Positions 29,297 to 39,761 of a stretch of DNA of 64,000 nucleotides are shown here, piece by piece. The notes below the pieces were generated by a model that was not told the origin of the DNA, searched no databases, and saw nothing but the letters and a program-made list of their open reading frames with translations. How positions within the stretch are numbered: position 1 is the first letter of the stretch; every line of letters begins with the position of its first letter. Both the position numbers and the translations under genes were made by a program. Source of the DNA: an uncultured delta proteobacterium (GTDB taxonomy: Bacteria; Desulfobacterota; Binatia; UBA9968); contig CAVUZH010000016.1 of the NCBI GenBank assembly GCA_963745835.1, positions 96,001 through 160,000 on the forward strand. The letters run 5' to 3'.

Positions 29297-30859
29297 TCAT
29301 GCCGCGCTCAGACTCTTTCGGCTTGCTGATTTTCCTACCGCAATCAAGAACATCGCGCTCTTACCGGCGGCATCGGGCGAAAAAAATTCGGTCACATCAT
29401 CGTCGAAGAACGTCAGCCCCGACGCGCCGAGGCGTTGCGCGTAAGCGGCAAGATAGATTCTTCCGCCCATGATAGCGGCCTCGAGCTGCGCAGCGCGGTA
29501 GCCGCGATTGCCGAAATGCTCGAGGACGCGATGCATATCCGCCATAAAGTAAATGTTCACGCTACAATCCGCCGGAATCTCCTGACCGAGGCCGAGGTAT
29601 CCGGCGTCCCGGCGAAAATCGCCCGGCTTTAGCAACTCGAGTGCGCGCTGCTGGCGACGAAAGACATAGGCGCCGGAGGGGAGACCTTCCACGGCATGGA
29701 CGATCAGGTAGAGGTCGTTAAGCGTTTCTTCCGCGCCCAGAAAATCGGCCGTTAGACCGCGAGTCGCGCGATCGAGCATGCTTGAAAGTTCAGTAAAAGT
29801 AATCGAATCGGGTGAGAACTCGCGGGTCGACCCACGTCGGGTTATCACCTCCTCGATGGACTCTTTGGGTAGTTCCTCGTCATTAGGTGATTGGAGAGGA
29901 AAGAGCTGATCTTCTCTCGCGGCTTCATCCGTTGTCGTTTTCGTAGGTGCTTCTTCTCGCCGGCGCCACTGCGTAACTTCCGCGCCGGTTTCCAATGAGG
30001 ATGCCTCGTGCATCCGCCTCATCGCGGGATAATCGATTTCTGAGTTGGACAGAGGAGTAGTTTCAAATACTACGGGTTCGACCGGTAACGAGAGTGTGGC
30101 CTTTTGTTCTGCCGAACGGCCCAGCGCCACCAAAGAAAGGGGCGCCTCCCGCTGCGGATCCAATGCTAAAAGCTGGCACACGCTAGCGTCGACGAAACCC
30201 AGAACCACCTTTGCCGGAATGTTGCGAGCGGCAGTTGCGGCAAGCAGATTGGCCAGTATCGTTCCATTGTCCCAATAACAGTGTCGATACGCTCGCGCCT
30301 GATACTTCCAGGCGTTGCGCCAGAAGGTCGAAGCGCTAGCTATGACACACGACGCTTCTGAAATGGCGAGTTCCTCGCCGGTGGCTTTCACCAAAGCCGA
30401 CCGATAGTCACCCTGGCGCAATTGCCGCAGTGAAAAATCTTGCGGGCTGAAGTGATAGACTCCTGCATCGAGCCCCTCGAGATCGCCGCAAACAACATAT
30501 AAATCGACATGATAGAGCGCGCCAGTGCAGGCTGCCGCGCGAAACAACATCTCTACTGCGGCATACCTCCTCCGCCTAGTGATGCCTGCGGAGAAATAAA
30601 AGATCTCCGCCAAGGTTTGCAGATTAGGCCGGCCTTCGCTGGTCGCTGCGCTTGGTATGGTTGAAATCGCCTTCAGCGCAGGCACCCCCGAAGATGATAA
30701 GTTTTGCGGCAGAGAAATAGCCGGGAGATTTGAATAAATCTTAAAAGGCAGGGGCTGGTTTTCCCAATCCAAGTGATGCGCCGTGGCCCGGATACTCTGG
30801 TACGAGTGTTTGGTCGCATCATGATACGCCCATGCGGCTTCAGTCTGACGGTTTTCCAT
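29297..30859 (-). CDS. SagB/ThcOx family FMN dehydrogenase with tandem nitroreductase domains
   Basis: RAAACTGALY, WKYQARAYR, RRGSTREF, GNRGYR, GASGLTFFDD. Confidence 0.85.
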   Translation of the reverse strand: MENRQTEAAWAYHDATKHSYQSIRATAHHLDWENQPLPFKIYSNLPAISLPQNLSSSGVPALKAISTIPSAATSEGRPNLQTLAEIFYFSAGITRRRRYAAVEMLFRAAACTGALYHVDLYVVCGDLEGLDAGVYHFSPQDFSLRQLRQGDYRSALVKATGEELAISEASCVIASASTFWRNAWKYQARAYRHCYWDNGTILANLLAATAARNIPAKVVLGFVDASVCQLLALDPQREAPLSLVALGRSAEQKATLSLPVEPVVFETTPLSNSEIDYPAMRRMHEASSLETGAEVTQWRRREEAPTKTTTDEAAREDQLFPLQSPNDEELPKESIEEVITRRGSTREFSPDSITFTELSSMLDRATRGLTADFLGAEETLNDLYLIVHAVEGLPSGAYVFRRQQRALELLKPGDFRRDAGYLGLGQEIPADCSVNIYFMADMHRVLEHFGNRGYRAAQLEAAIMGGRIYLAAYAQRLGASGLTFFDDDVTEFFSPDAAGKSAMFLIAVGKSASRKSLSAA

Positions 30860-31092
30860 CCGAACTCCTTCAACTCCAATTATATTTATATCGTATTATC
30901 CGACCCGCCTTGCCCAGTAGCTCTGATCCCTTACTTCGTACCAAGCCGATCCAGTTGGCGCCAGCGATCCGCCGGTTAAATAACTTGGACAGCAGCTCTG
31001 GCAATAAAGGCTCTGGGAACGGCTAGATGACCGATTTCACTTGTAACTTTGGCCAGCCTCGGTACCGTCTCGGCGCAAACGGGTAAAACACT

Positions 31093-31990
31093 ATGGAATG
31101 GTGGATCTGGATCGTGCTTGGGCTGGTGTCGCCAAGACCGCTGTGGTGGTACTGCAGCAGAGCGCCTATGTGGTCGAACGGCTCGGCAGGTACAGCGGCA
31201 TCTTGGGCGCCGGATTTCACATTCTGATCCCGTTTCTCGACGTCGTCCGCTATAAGCATTCTTTGAAAGAGCAAGCCGTCGATATTCCACCGCAAGTTTG
31301 CATCACCCGGGATAACGTTCAAGTGTCCGTGAACGGCGTGCTCTACTTGAAGGTTCTCAATCCCGAGCACGCCTCCTATGGTATTGGCGACTACGCCTTC
31401 GGCATTTCGCAACTGGCGCAGACGACGCTGCGCAGTGAATTCGGCAAGATCGAGCTGGATAGAACCTTCGAGGAGCGGACTAATATCAACACGCAAGTAG
31501 TTAGCGAGCTCAACAAGGCGTCTGAGCCTTGGGGCATCAAAGTGATGCGCTATGAGATCAAAAACATCACGCCGCCCCACGACGTGCTCGCCGCGATGGA
31601 AAAGCAGATGCGGGCAGAGCGCGAAAAACGCGCTCTCATTCTGGACCTCGGAAGGGCAAAGAGACGCGGCGATCAACAGCGCTGAAGGTGAAAAACAACA
31701 GGTCATCAAAGCTTCCGAAGCCAACAAGCAACAGCAAATCAACGAAGCCGAAGACGAAGCGGCAGCCATCATGGGGCGGTCGCTGAAGCGACGGCCAACG
31801 TATTCGTAAGGTCGCAGAATCGATTCAGCAGCCTGGAGGTTTCGAAGCGGTACAACTCCGTGTCGCCGATAACTACCTCACCCAATTCGGCAAGCTCGCG
31901 CAGGAAGGCAATATGATGATTCTTCCGGCGACGCTCAGCGACGTCGGCTCGATGATTTCGTTAGCCATGAACGTCATCAGGCAAAGGAAA
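31093..31990 (+). pseudogene. SPFH/stomatin (paraslipin) pseudogene fused to an NfeD-like start
   Basis: AYVVERLG, ITRDNV, MEKQMRAEREKRA in shifting frames; indels near 31643, 31773 and 31800; begins with an out-of-frame MEWWIWIVLGL. Confidence 0.8.
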
Positions 31991-32238
31991 GCAGGAACGG
32001 CGCGCCGGAGAAGGCCTGGTTCTGATTCTTTCAGCGAAGATTGTCGTACCTCAGAGTCCTTCCCTCGAAGAATCCAGCCTTCAGATAATTGCCGGTTCAG
32101 CCCATGTTATTATGCGCCGGTTAAAATCGAAGAGTTATCGGAATCGTATCTTCCGATCTTTGGAAAAGCTATGGACTTCAGTGCAACAATGATCAGGATC
32201 GCCCCACGGGGCGTTGTGTCCGGCTCCTGCTCGGTCGA

Positions 32239-33060
32239 TTATTGCTGGCAAGAGGGGCAATAAAACGCGCTGCGATTACCGATTGCAACCCGCTTGATAA
32301 AACTCGCGCAGGCTCTGCATTTTTCTCCTTCACGGTCGTAAACACGAAGGTAAGTTTGAAACTCGCCGCGTTCGTCGTCGGCAGTGCGATAATCTGAGAA
32401 CGATGTGCCGCACCAACGAATCGCTTGCTGCAGCAAATCGGGAACCGCCTGCGCGATTGCGTATACCTGTTTCCGCGTCAGCCGACACGCCCGGATCGTC
32501 GGCTTGATGCCGACACTGGCCAAGATCTCATTGGCATAGATATTTCCAAGCCCGCCGATGATTCGCTGGTCGAGCAATAAGTCCCGGATGCGCCGGTCAG
32601 AAGAGCGCGTGTGGCGAAAAAGATATTCCCCCGTCAAATCGGGATCGAAGGGATCAATACCGAGCGAACTCAGCTGCGGCAGCTCGTGCAGAACCTGTTT
32701 GCGTGTCACCAGAGTAAGGCCGAAACGACGCGGGTCATGATAACGCAGCTGCCCGCCACCCACCAGATGCACGATGATGTGATCGTGTTTGCGGCGGGGC
32801 GCATCGGCTCCGATACAAATAAGCTTGCCCGACATACCGAGATGGAACACCCAGACCAAGCCCTCTGATAATGAAATCAGAATGTATTTAGCGGCGCGGC
32901 GAATCTCATGTATCTTCTTGCCAGCGAGTCCTGTCAGAGCGGTCTCATCGACACGCACGCGCAAGCGCGGCTCCACTATTTCAACTCGCTTGATGATTCG
33001 TTGGACCAAATGAGGCCGCAAACTCCGGCATACAGTTTCGACTTCGGGCAGTTCAGGCAT
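32239..33060 (-). CDS. mutM: Formamidopyrimidine-DNA glycosylase
   Basis: MPELPEVE start, HLGMSG, GLGNIYANE, C-terminal zinc finger. Confidence 0.95.
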   Translation of the reverse strand: MPELPEVETVCRSLRPHLVQRIIKRVEIVEPRLRVRVDETALTGLAGKKIHEIRRAAKYILISLSEGLVWVFHLGMSGKLICIGADAPRRKHDHIIVHLVGGGQLRYHDPRRFGLTLVTRKQVLHELPQLSSLGIDPFDPDLTGEYLFRHTRSSDRRIRDLLLDQRIIGGLGNIYANEILASVGIKPTIRACRLTRKQVYAIAQAVPDLLQQAIRWCGTSFSDYRTADDERGEFQTYLRVYDREGEKCRACASFIKRVAIGNRSAFYCPSCQQ

Positions 33061-33065
33061 GGTAT

Positions 33066-33971
33066 TCAACAATCAATTTGCGGCGTGTAATGTTTCGCCA
33101 AGCGATCCACCGGTTGCGCTCTCAGTAGATGGCTCGACGCCAAAGCGTGCGTCAAATCTATAAAATTCTCAATGCTTAGTGTTTCGCCACGGCGCCGCGG
33201 ATCGATGTGCTGTGAGCGAAGAAACTCCTCAACCTCGTCTCTGCCCGACTTTAACCAGTTGCCCATGACATTGCCGAGAGTCTTGCGCCGTTGGCCAAAC
33301 GCCGCGCGCAGCAACCCGCGCAGTACCGTCATCTCCTCCGGGGACACGCGCGGTCGCGGGTAAAGTTCCATTTTAAGCACGGTGGACCGCACCTTCGGCT
33401 GGGGAAAAAACGCTTCCGGCGATACCTGCAACTTTTTCGTCACCTGCCCGTGAATCTGACACCAGACAGATAATGTCCCGTAGGTTTTTGTCCCGGGCGC
33501 GCTGGCGATTCGATCAGCGACTTCCTTCTGCACCATCAAGACAATCGAAGTAAAGTGATCCCGCAATTCAAGGGTCCTGAAAAGCACCGGCGTGGAAATG
33601 CTGTAAGGCAGATTGCCAATCAGCTTGATTTTTTGCTTCGGCAGTATTTCTGCCAGCGGCACGTTGAGGATGTCTCCAGAGATCAGGTGGAATTTTGGAT
33701 TTGCAAATAAATCGCTTTGTTGCAATCTCCGGGTCAGAAACGAATCCACCTCAACCGCCCACACTCCGGCCGCCCGGGCAACCAGACGACGGGTGAGGGC
33801 GCCAAGCCCCGGCCCGATCTCCAGCACCAGATCATCCATTTCGAGAGCCACAAGATCCAGGATGGCATCGAGCACATGCTCATGGACCAAAAAGTTCTGG
33901 CCCAGCCGTTTTCTCGGTCTGAAGTCGGACTCGCGCAACGCCGCGCGCACTTCCTCGTACAGGGTCGGCAT
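33066..33971 (-). CDS. rsmA: 16S rRNA m6,2A dimethyltransferase
   Basis: LGQNFL, EIGPGLG, NLPYSIS, QRRKTL. Confidence 0.95.
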   Translation of the reverse strand: MPTLYEEVRAALRESDFRPRKRLGQNFLVHEHVLDAILDLVALEMDDLVLEIGPGLGALTRRLVARAAGVWAVEVDSFLTRRLQQSDLFANPKFHLISGDILNVPLAEILPKQKIKLIGNLPYSISTPVLFRTLELRDHFTSIVLMVQKEVADRIASAPGTKTYGTLSVWCQIHGQVTKKLQVSPEAFFPQPKVRSTVLKMELYPRPRVSPEEMTVLRGLLRAAFGQRRKTLGNVMGNWLKSGRDEVEEFLRSQHIDPRRRGETLSIENFIDLTHALASSHLLRAQPVDRLAKHYTPQIDC

Positions 33972-34016
33972 GATCTTATCAACCCGTCGCGGTTGGAGCC
34001 TGCAAAGTCAACCGAT

Positions 34017-35015
34017 CTACAAGGTTAGATCGGCGTCGGCATTAAGAGCGAAGTCGTCCCGGCGCCCTCGATTGATCCAGTGATGTCCGGTGAGCGCAAT
34101 CATCGCAGCATTGTCCGTGCAAAATTTCGCAGAAGGAAAGTAAACTTGCAAATTCTTAGTCGCCGCGCTCTCGTTGATCTTTTCGCGTAACCGGCTATTC
34201 GCCGCCACGCCGCCTGCCAGCACGATGCGGTTGACGTTGTGGGCAACGGCCGCGTTAACCGTCGGATTGATCAACATATCGACCACTGCTTCCTGAAAGC
34301 TCGCCGCGATGTCCGGCACGCGTGCCTTCCAAGCATGCTGATCTTGCGATTTAAGATATTGCAACACAGACGTTTTGATGCCGCTAAAGCTGAAATCGTA
34401 TGGGCTCTTTTTCAATCGTGCGCGTGGAAACCTGATCGCTTTACGGTCGCCGGTCTTGGCCAGATGGTCGATCACCCGCCCTCCCGGATAGCCGAGTCCC
34501 ATCATTTTTGCCACTTTGTCGTAAGCCTCGCCGGCAGCGTCATCACGGGTACCGCCTAAATAGAGGTACTCGCCGACGTCCTGTACACAGTAAAGTAGCG
34601 TGTGCCCGCCGGAAGCAAGCAGAGCCACGTAAGGGAACGACACTTCATGCTCCAGGTGAATCGCTAGCAGGTGTGCTTCAAGATGATTCACCCCGACATA
34701 AGGCATGCCCCAGCGAAACGCCATGCCTTTGGCCACCGACAAACCGACGAGAAGTGAGCCGACAAGTCCGGGGCCACGGGTCACCGCGATACCGCTCAGA
34801 TCTCTGACGCTAACACCGGCTTTGCCGAGCGCGCCATCAACGATAGGCAAGATATTGCGGAGGTGTTGGCGCGAGGCAAGCTCGGGCACGACGCCGCCAT
34901 AGGCGCCATGTATTTGGTCCTGTGACGAAACCAGGTTAGCTAGGATCGTCCTGCCATCGAGCAGCACCGCGGCCGCCGTGTCATCGCAGGAAGTTTCAAT
35001 ACCGAGAACTAGCAT
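34017..35015 (-). CDS. tsaD: tRNA threonylcarbamoyltransferase
   Basis: GIETSCDDT, HLEAH, DDAAGEAYDK, CTDNAAMI. Confidence 0.96.
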   Translation of the reverse strand: MLVLGIETSCDDTAAAVLLDGRTILANLVSSQDQIHGAYGGVVPELASRQHLRNILPIVDGALGKAGVSVRDLSGIAVTRGPGLVGSLLVGLSVAKGMAFRWGMPYVGVNHLEAHLLAIHLEHEVSFPYVALLASGGHTLLYCVQDVGEYLYLGGTRDDAAGEAYDKVAKMMGLGYPGGRVIDHLAKTGDRKAIRFPRARLKKSPYDFSFSGIKTSVLQYLKSQDQHAWKARVPDIAASFQEAVVDMLINPTVNAAVAHNVNRIVLAGGVAANSRLREKINESAATKNLQVYFPSAKFCTDNAAMIALTGHHWINRGRRDDFALNADADLTL

Positions 35016-35027
35016 GTACGATAACCG

Positions 35028-35822
35028 TCAGCGCTGCGCGGGCCGGGTTTGCGACTGCTTGGGGGATAAAGCTTCCACTGCGGTGCGATTGTCGGGATTG
35101 ATCGCGAGAGCCTTGGCATAACTCTCTTCAGCGCGCTCAGTCATGCCGAGGGCGCGATAGTTTTCGCCTTCGAGCGCGTAGACCTCCGATAACCAAAACG
35201 GCTCGCCGCCGAGACGGGCCTCCGCAACCTCAAGAAAGTTAAGCGAGTCTTTGTAGCGCCTGAGACCAAATTGAGTTTTTGCCAATAAAAAGTGGCCGTA
35301 GGCGTTGGTAGAATCAAGCGCGATGGCGCGCTCCAAGCGACTCAGTGCCTTGGCGTACTCGCCGCTGTCTATCAGCTTTCGTGCTTCTTCGGACAAGCGC
35401 AGAGATGCGGCTCGCTGAGGTGGTGTTCCGGGGATGATCTTGGCTAAAAGTGAGCTGTCGTCAGCGATGGGCGGCTTTGGGGGCGCAAGAATCTCGGGAG
35501 TCGCAATCGGCGGCAGTGTCTCCTTTGAAGTCATTATAGAAGGCTGCACCTTTTCATTTGTCTTGAGATCTTGCTCGCGAATTTTCGGATCGGGGGGTAT
35601 GGGCCGACTGCTGGGCTCGGTGTCCGGTGAAGAAGTCGGCGGACTCGGCATTGGCGCTGGAATCGGCTGAGGCTTGGCCACAGCACCCGGAACAGGTCTG
35701 CGATAAGGCCGTTGGGGCGCACAGCTTTGGACAACCAAGGTGCACAGCGCAACGGCAATCGCGCTTGCCAAGCCGGGTCGCCATCTTTCGGACTGATTCA
35801 ATTTATTTGGGCCGAGCATCAT
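35028..35822 (-). CDS. TPR lipoprotein (LpoP-like)
   Basis: Signal peptide ending LVVQSC, long Pro-rich linker, C-terminal TPRs; overlaps the PBP1B stop. Confidence 0.7.
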   Translation of the reverse strand: MMLGPNKLNQSERWRPGLASAIAVALCTLVVQSCAPQRPYRRPVPGAVAKPQPIPAPMPSPPTSSPDTEPSSRPIPPDPKIREQDLKTNEKVQPSIMTSKETLPPIATPEILAPPKPPIADDSSLLAKIIPGTPPQRAASLRLSEEARKLIDSGEYAKALSRLERAIALDSTNAYGHFLLAKTQFGLRRYKDSLNFLEVAEARLGGEPFWLSEVYALEGENYRALGMTERAEESYAKALAINPDNRTAVEALSPKQSQTRPAQR

Positions 35823-38134
35823 TCAAACCTAGGAGCTTGCACCTGCTCTCCCGGATGCAAAGCACAGGTGAGCGTCGGCTCATCTCCCTCGGCAAAAGCT
35901 TCACGGATCACAGATTTACAGCTTGGCGTAGCCAGTTGCCCGCTGATCGGATCGACATCGACAAACTTGATCCCTGGAGGCGGCACAAAATCCGTCACAG
36001 GAGTTCCGGCTGTCGCACGCATCATAAAATCCGTCCAGATTGGCAGCGCAGCCTGAGAGCCGGAGAGACCGAGTTTACTTTGGTTGTCGAATCCCACCCA
36101 AACTACGGTTAATAGATCAGGAGTGTAACCAACGAACCATGCATCTTTATAATCGTTGGTCGTTCCGGTCTTGCCGGCGGCGGGCCGCGTAAATCCGGCG
36201 CGCCGCGCGCTGTCCGCCGTACCTCGATCGAGCACGCCTTTGAGAAGATGATTTATCAAAAACGCCATCTGCGCCGAGACGACCTTTTCAACCCGGACGT
36301 CGCGTTTCTCCAGCACGCGCGCCTCAGGGTCAAGAACCTGTTTGACAGTCAATGGCCGCGTGCGAACGCCATTGTTGGCTAGAGTCGAGAACGCCACCGC
36401 CACTTCGAGCGGCGTCACTTCCGCTGCACCCAATGATAGTGACGGCACTGCCGGCAACGAGCTCTGAATACCTAGACGCTGCGCCAGATCGCGAACGCGC
36501 CGGATACCCACCTCGCGCGCGATCCGGGCGGTTGCCGAGTTGAGAGACTTCTCGAGAGCGCGTCGGAGCGTAACGGTACCAAAGAACTCGTCGTTGTAAT
36601 TACCAGGTTTCCACTCCTGCCGATCATATTCCCAGGTGAACGGCGAGTCATCCACCTTGGTCATCGCAGTAAACTTTCTACCGTTGTCAGCTCCGTACAT
36701 CAAAGCCGCCAGATAGACGAATGGCTTGAAGATCGAGCCCGGCTGGCGCTTGGCCTGAAAGACGCGATTGAACTGAGACTTCTGATAGTTGCGACCGCCG
36801 GCCATTGCCTTGATCTCTCCGGTTTGCGGTCGGATCACTACCACCGCTCCTTCGAGACTGTCGTCTTCGCCTCGTCGGCGCAACGCGGGATATTTTGCCT
36901 CCAAGCGTTTCAGGCCTTCCGACAGCGATCTTTCGGCGAGCTTCTGCAGATGCAAATCGAGGCTGGTAAAGATGCGCAATCCCTCTGTTGTCAGCACAGC
37001 ATTGGAATAATTTTCGGCTAACTCGCGTCGTAAAAAATCCACGTAATACGGAGCATCATTGGTGACTTTGATCAGCTGCCGATGCGGCAGTGTTTCGCGC
37101 ACCGAGGCATCATACTGCTGGGGTGAAATGATTTTGTCGGCGAGCAACTTCGCCAAAACCACGTTGCGTCGCTTAGTCGCCGCTTCCACGCTGCGATAGG
37201 GAGAGTAGTTATTGGGTCCGCGGATTAGTCCAGCGAGCAGCGCCATTTCACCAGTGCTCAACTCTGTCAGGGGTTTGGAGAAATAAAACTGGGAAGCCTC
37301 CCAGATGCCGTAAATTCCCTGGGAGCCCTTCTGCCCGAGATAAATTTCATTGAGGTAGTTCTCGAGGATTTCGGTCTTGGAGTAGTTGCGCTCAACGATG
37401 AGAGCCATAAAAGCCTCTTTCAGTTTGCGCGATAGAGTGCGTTCGCTGCCGAGAAAGAAATTCTTCACCAGTTGCTGCGTCAAAGTGCTGCCGCCTTGGA
37501 TCACTGCGCCGCTGCGAAAATTGACCCAGCTTGCGCGCATCAGCGCGACCGGATCCACTCCGAAGTGCCGGTAAAAACGTTCATCTTCGATGGCCAAAAT
37601 GGCCCGGACCAGTAGCGGCGGCACTTCCGGCAACTTAACCAGCCGTCGCTCTTGCCAAACCGTTTCATAGAGCCCGGTCACCAACTCGGGTTCGAGTTCA
37701 AGCGAAAAGAGTTCCTCCCCGCTGTCACCATTTTGCAGTTTGCCAACTGTGTTTCCTTGCAGAGAAATTCGAATCGGAACGCCTTTGAATGTCTCCGTTG
37801 GATAACTAAAATCGTGCAGATAAATGTCCAAAAGTCCGGACGATCGTTGAAAACGATACTCGCCCTTGCCGTCTGGCGCAGCTTTCGTTTCGTGATAGCC
37901 GAGGCGGCGCAATTTTTCGAGGATATCTTCCGTGCGAAGGCTCATGCCGGCATAGAGCAGGTATGAGTCAGAATAGATTTTCGAAGGAAAACGCCATTTC
38001 TGACCATCGAACTTGGCAGTAACGGTATCTTCCAGAGTCCTGAGATACCAGCTGCCAACGACGATCCCGCTCGATGTGATGAGAAGAAGAACGATTAGGG
38101 AAATGCTAAAGAAGCGAAGATTGGATTTGTTCAA
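35819..38134 (-). CDS. mrcB: Class A penicillin-binding protein, PBP1B type
   Basis: UB2H-like insert, EDERFY.H.G, GGSTLTQQL, SIFK, SLN, KTG. Confidence 0.88.
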   Translation of the reverse strand: MNKSNLRFFSISLIVLLLITSSGIVVGSWYLRTLEDTVTAKFDGQKWRFPSKIYSDSYLLYAGMSLRTEDILEKLRRLGYHETKAAPDGKGEYRFQRSSGLLDIYLHDFSYPTETFKGVPIRISLQGNTVGKLQNGDSGEELFSLELEPELVTGLYETVWQERRLVKLPEVPPLLVRAILAIEDERFYRHFGVDPVALMRASWVNFRSGAVIQGGSTLTQQLVKNFFLGSERTLSRKLKEAFMALIVERNYSKTEILENYLNEIYLGQKGSQGIYGIWEASQFYFSKPLTELSTGEMALLAGLIRGPNNYSPYRSVEAATKRRNVVLAKLLADKIISPQQYDASVRETLPHRQLIKVTNDAPYYVDFLRRELAENYSNAVLTTEGLRIFTSLDLHLQKLAERSLSEGLKRLEAKYPALRRRGEDDSLEGAVVVIRPQTGEIKAMAGGRNYQKSQFNRVFQAKRQPGSIFKPFVYLAALMYGADNGRKFTAMTKVDDSPFTWEYDRQEWKPGNYNDEFFGTVTLRRALEKSLNSATARIAREVGIRRVRDLAQRLGIQSSLPAVPSLSLGAAEVTPLEVAVAFSTLANNGVRTRPLTVKQVLDPEARVLEKRDVRVEKVVSAQMAFLINHLLKGVLDRGTADSARRAGFTRPAAGKTGTTNDYKDAWFVGYTPDLLTVVWVGFDNQSKLGLSGSQAALPIWTDFMMRATAGTPVTDFVPPPGIKFVDVDPISGQLATPSCKSVIREAFAEGDEPTLTCALHPGEQVQAPRFE

Positions 38135-38187
38135 ACGATAGACTCCGCAGACAGTTAATATTCACTCAGATCTGAGCAAAAATCAAC

Positions 38188-38226
38188 AAAAAGAGGGCCG
38201 GATGGCATTTCCACCCGACCCTCTTT
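38188..38226 (-). terminator. Intrinsic terminator after degQ
   Basis: aaagagggccgg...ccgaccctcttt stem with an A/T tract. Confidence 0.65.
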
Positions 38227-38252
38227 AGTTTTGTCAGAATCTTTTTGAAGAC

Positions 38253-39755
38253 TCAGCCCTGCGGCCTTAATGCAAGAAACAGCGTGCTCTCACCGCGTCG
38301 GACCAGAAACAGCACTCCTTTGCCCTTACGAACGGTCGCGATAGACTTTTTGTATTCGTCCAGATTGCGAATCGGCTTGCGATCGATCTCGACGATGACA
38401 TCGCCGCGCCGAATCCCAGCTTCGTCGGCGGCGCTACCAGGTTCAACTGCTGAGACAACGATGCCCTCAGCTTTCTCCAAACCTAGGCTTTCGGCGATCT
38501 GCGGCGTCAGTCTTTGAACAGTTAGGCCCATTTCCCCTTTTTCCGGAGCGGAGGCCACGACTTCTTCGTCCTTGAGCTCGCCGACGGCTACGTTCAACGT
38601 AAGCTCTTTCTTATCGCGCAGAACCTTCATCCTGACCTTTTTATCGACTGCTGTGCGTGCCACTATGATCGGTAGCTCGCCTGAGTCTTTGATCTCTTTG
38701 CCGTCGAACTCAACGATAACGTCGCCTACCTTGACTCCGGACTTGTCCGCGGGTCCATCTTTGGAGACGTTGGCCACGAGTGCTCCTTGGCTCTTCTCCA
38801 TCCCCAGGCTTTCCGCCAATTCCGGCGTGACTTTCTGGATCAACACACCCAGGTATCCACGAGTCACTTTTCCTTTGCCGCGAAGCTGCGGCAAAAGTTC
38901 CTTCACCAAATTGACAGGTATCGCGAATCCAATACCGATATTTCCGCCAGTGCGACTGAAGATAGCGGTGTTGATCCCGATCACCTCGCCGCGCAAATTG
39001 ATCAGCGGCCCGCCGGAATTTCCTGGATTGATGGAGGCGTCAGTCTGGATGAAGTTGTCATAGGGTCCCTGACCGATATGCCGACCTTTGGCGCTGACGA
39101 TACCCGATGTTACCGTGCTATCCAGGCCAAAAGGATTGCCAATTGCCATCACCCACTCTCCGACCTCAAGGCCGTCAGAGTCGCCGAAGTTGGCTGGGGT
39201 AAGTTTTGTTTTCGCCTCGATCTTGATTACCGCAATGTCCGTCTTCGGATCACGGCCGATTACTTTGGCTTCGTACTCTTGTTCGTCGGCCAATTTAACG
39301 ACGATCTTCTGAGCGTTTTCGACGACGTGATTATTTGTAAGAATAGAACCATCGCCATCGATGATAAATCCCGACCCTAGGCTTCGCTGGCGCTGCGGGC
39401 CGCGAGGCATTGGACCGCCAAAAAATCGTCGCCAGAAGTCGTTGAACGGATCTTCCTCACCGAAGGGACTGCCGAACTCCTGCGGAGTCTGTTGACCGCG
39501 CGATTCGCTCACCTGAGTTGAGGATATGTTAACGACCACGGGTCGCAATTTTTTCGAAAGGGCGACGAAATCAGGCAACTGATTGGCGATTCTAATGTCG
39601 GAGCTTGCACCTTCTCCCATGTTGACGGCTCGGCTTGGCGCAAGCCAATCGAAGCTGCCGCTGATGGCGAGGCCGAGCAGTAGCGAAGCAATTGCAACAA
39701 CCGCAACGCCCTTAAATGTGAAGCTCCCGCTCCAGACCCTCTTGATGTCCATCAA
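38253..39755 (-). CDS. DegP/DegQ (HtrA, Do) serine protease with two PDZ domains
   Basis: LGSGFII, TNNHVV, QTDASINPGNSGGPL. Confidence 0.95.
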   Translation of the reverse strand: MMDIKRVWSGSFTFKGVAVVAIASLLLGLAISGSFDWLAPSRAVNMGEGASSDIRIANQLPDFVALSKKLRPVVVNISSTQVSESRGQQTPQEFGSPFGEEDPFNDFWRRFFGGPMPRGPQRQRSLGSGFIIDGDGSILTNNHVVENAQKIVVKLADEQEYEAKVIGRDPKTDIAVIKIEAKTKLTPANFGDSDGLEVGEWVMAIGNPFGLDSTVTSGIVSAKGRHIGQGPYDNFIQTDASINPGNSGGPLINLRGEVIGINTAIFSRTGGNIGIGFAIPVNLVKELLPQLRGKGKVTRGYLGVLIQKVTPELAESLGMEKSQGALVANVSKDGPADKSGVKVGDVIVEFDGKEIKDSGELPIIVARTAVDKKVRMKVLRDKKELTLNVAVGELKDEEVVASAPEKGEMGLTVQRLTPQIAESLGLEKAEGIVVSAVEPGSAADEAGIRRGDVIVEIDRKPIRNLDEYKKSIATVRKGKGVLFLVRRGESTLFLALRPQG

Positions 39756-39761
39756 CTGCTC

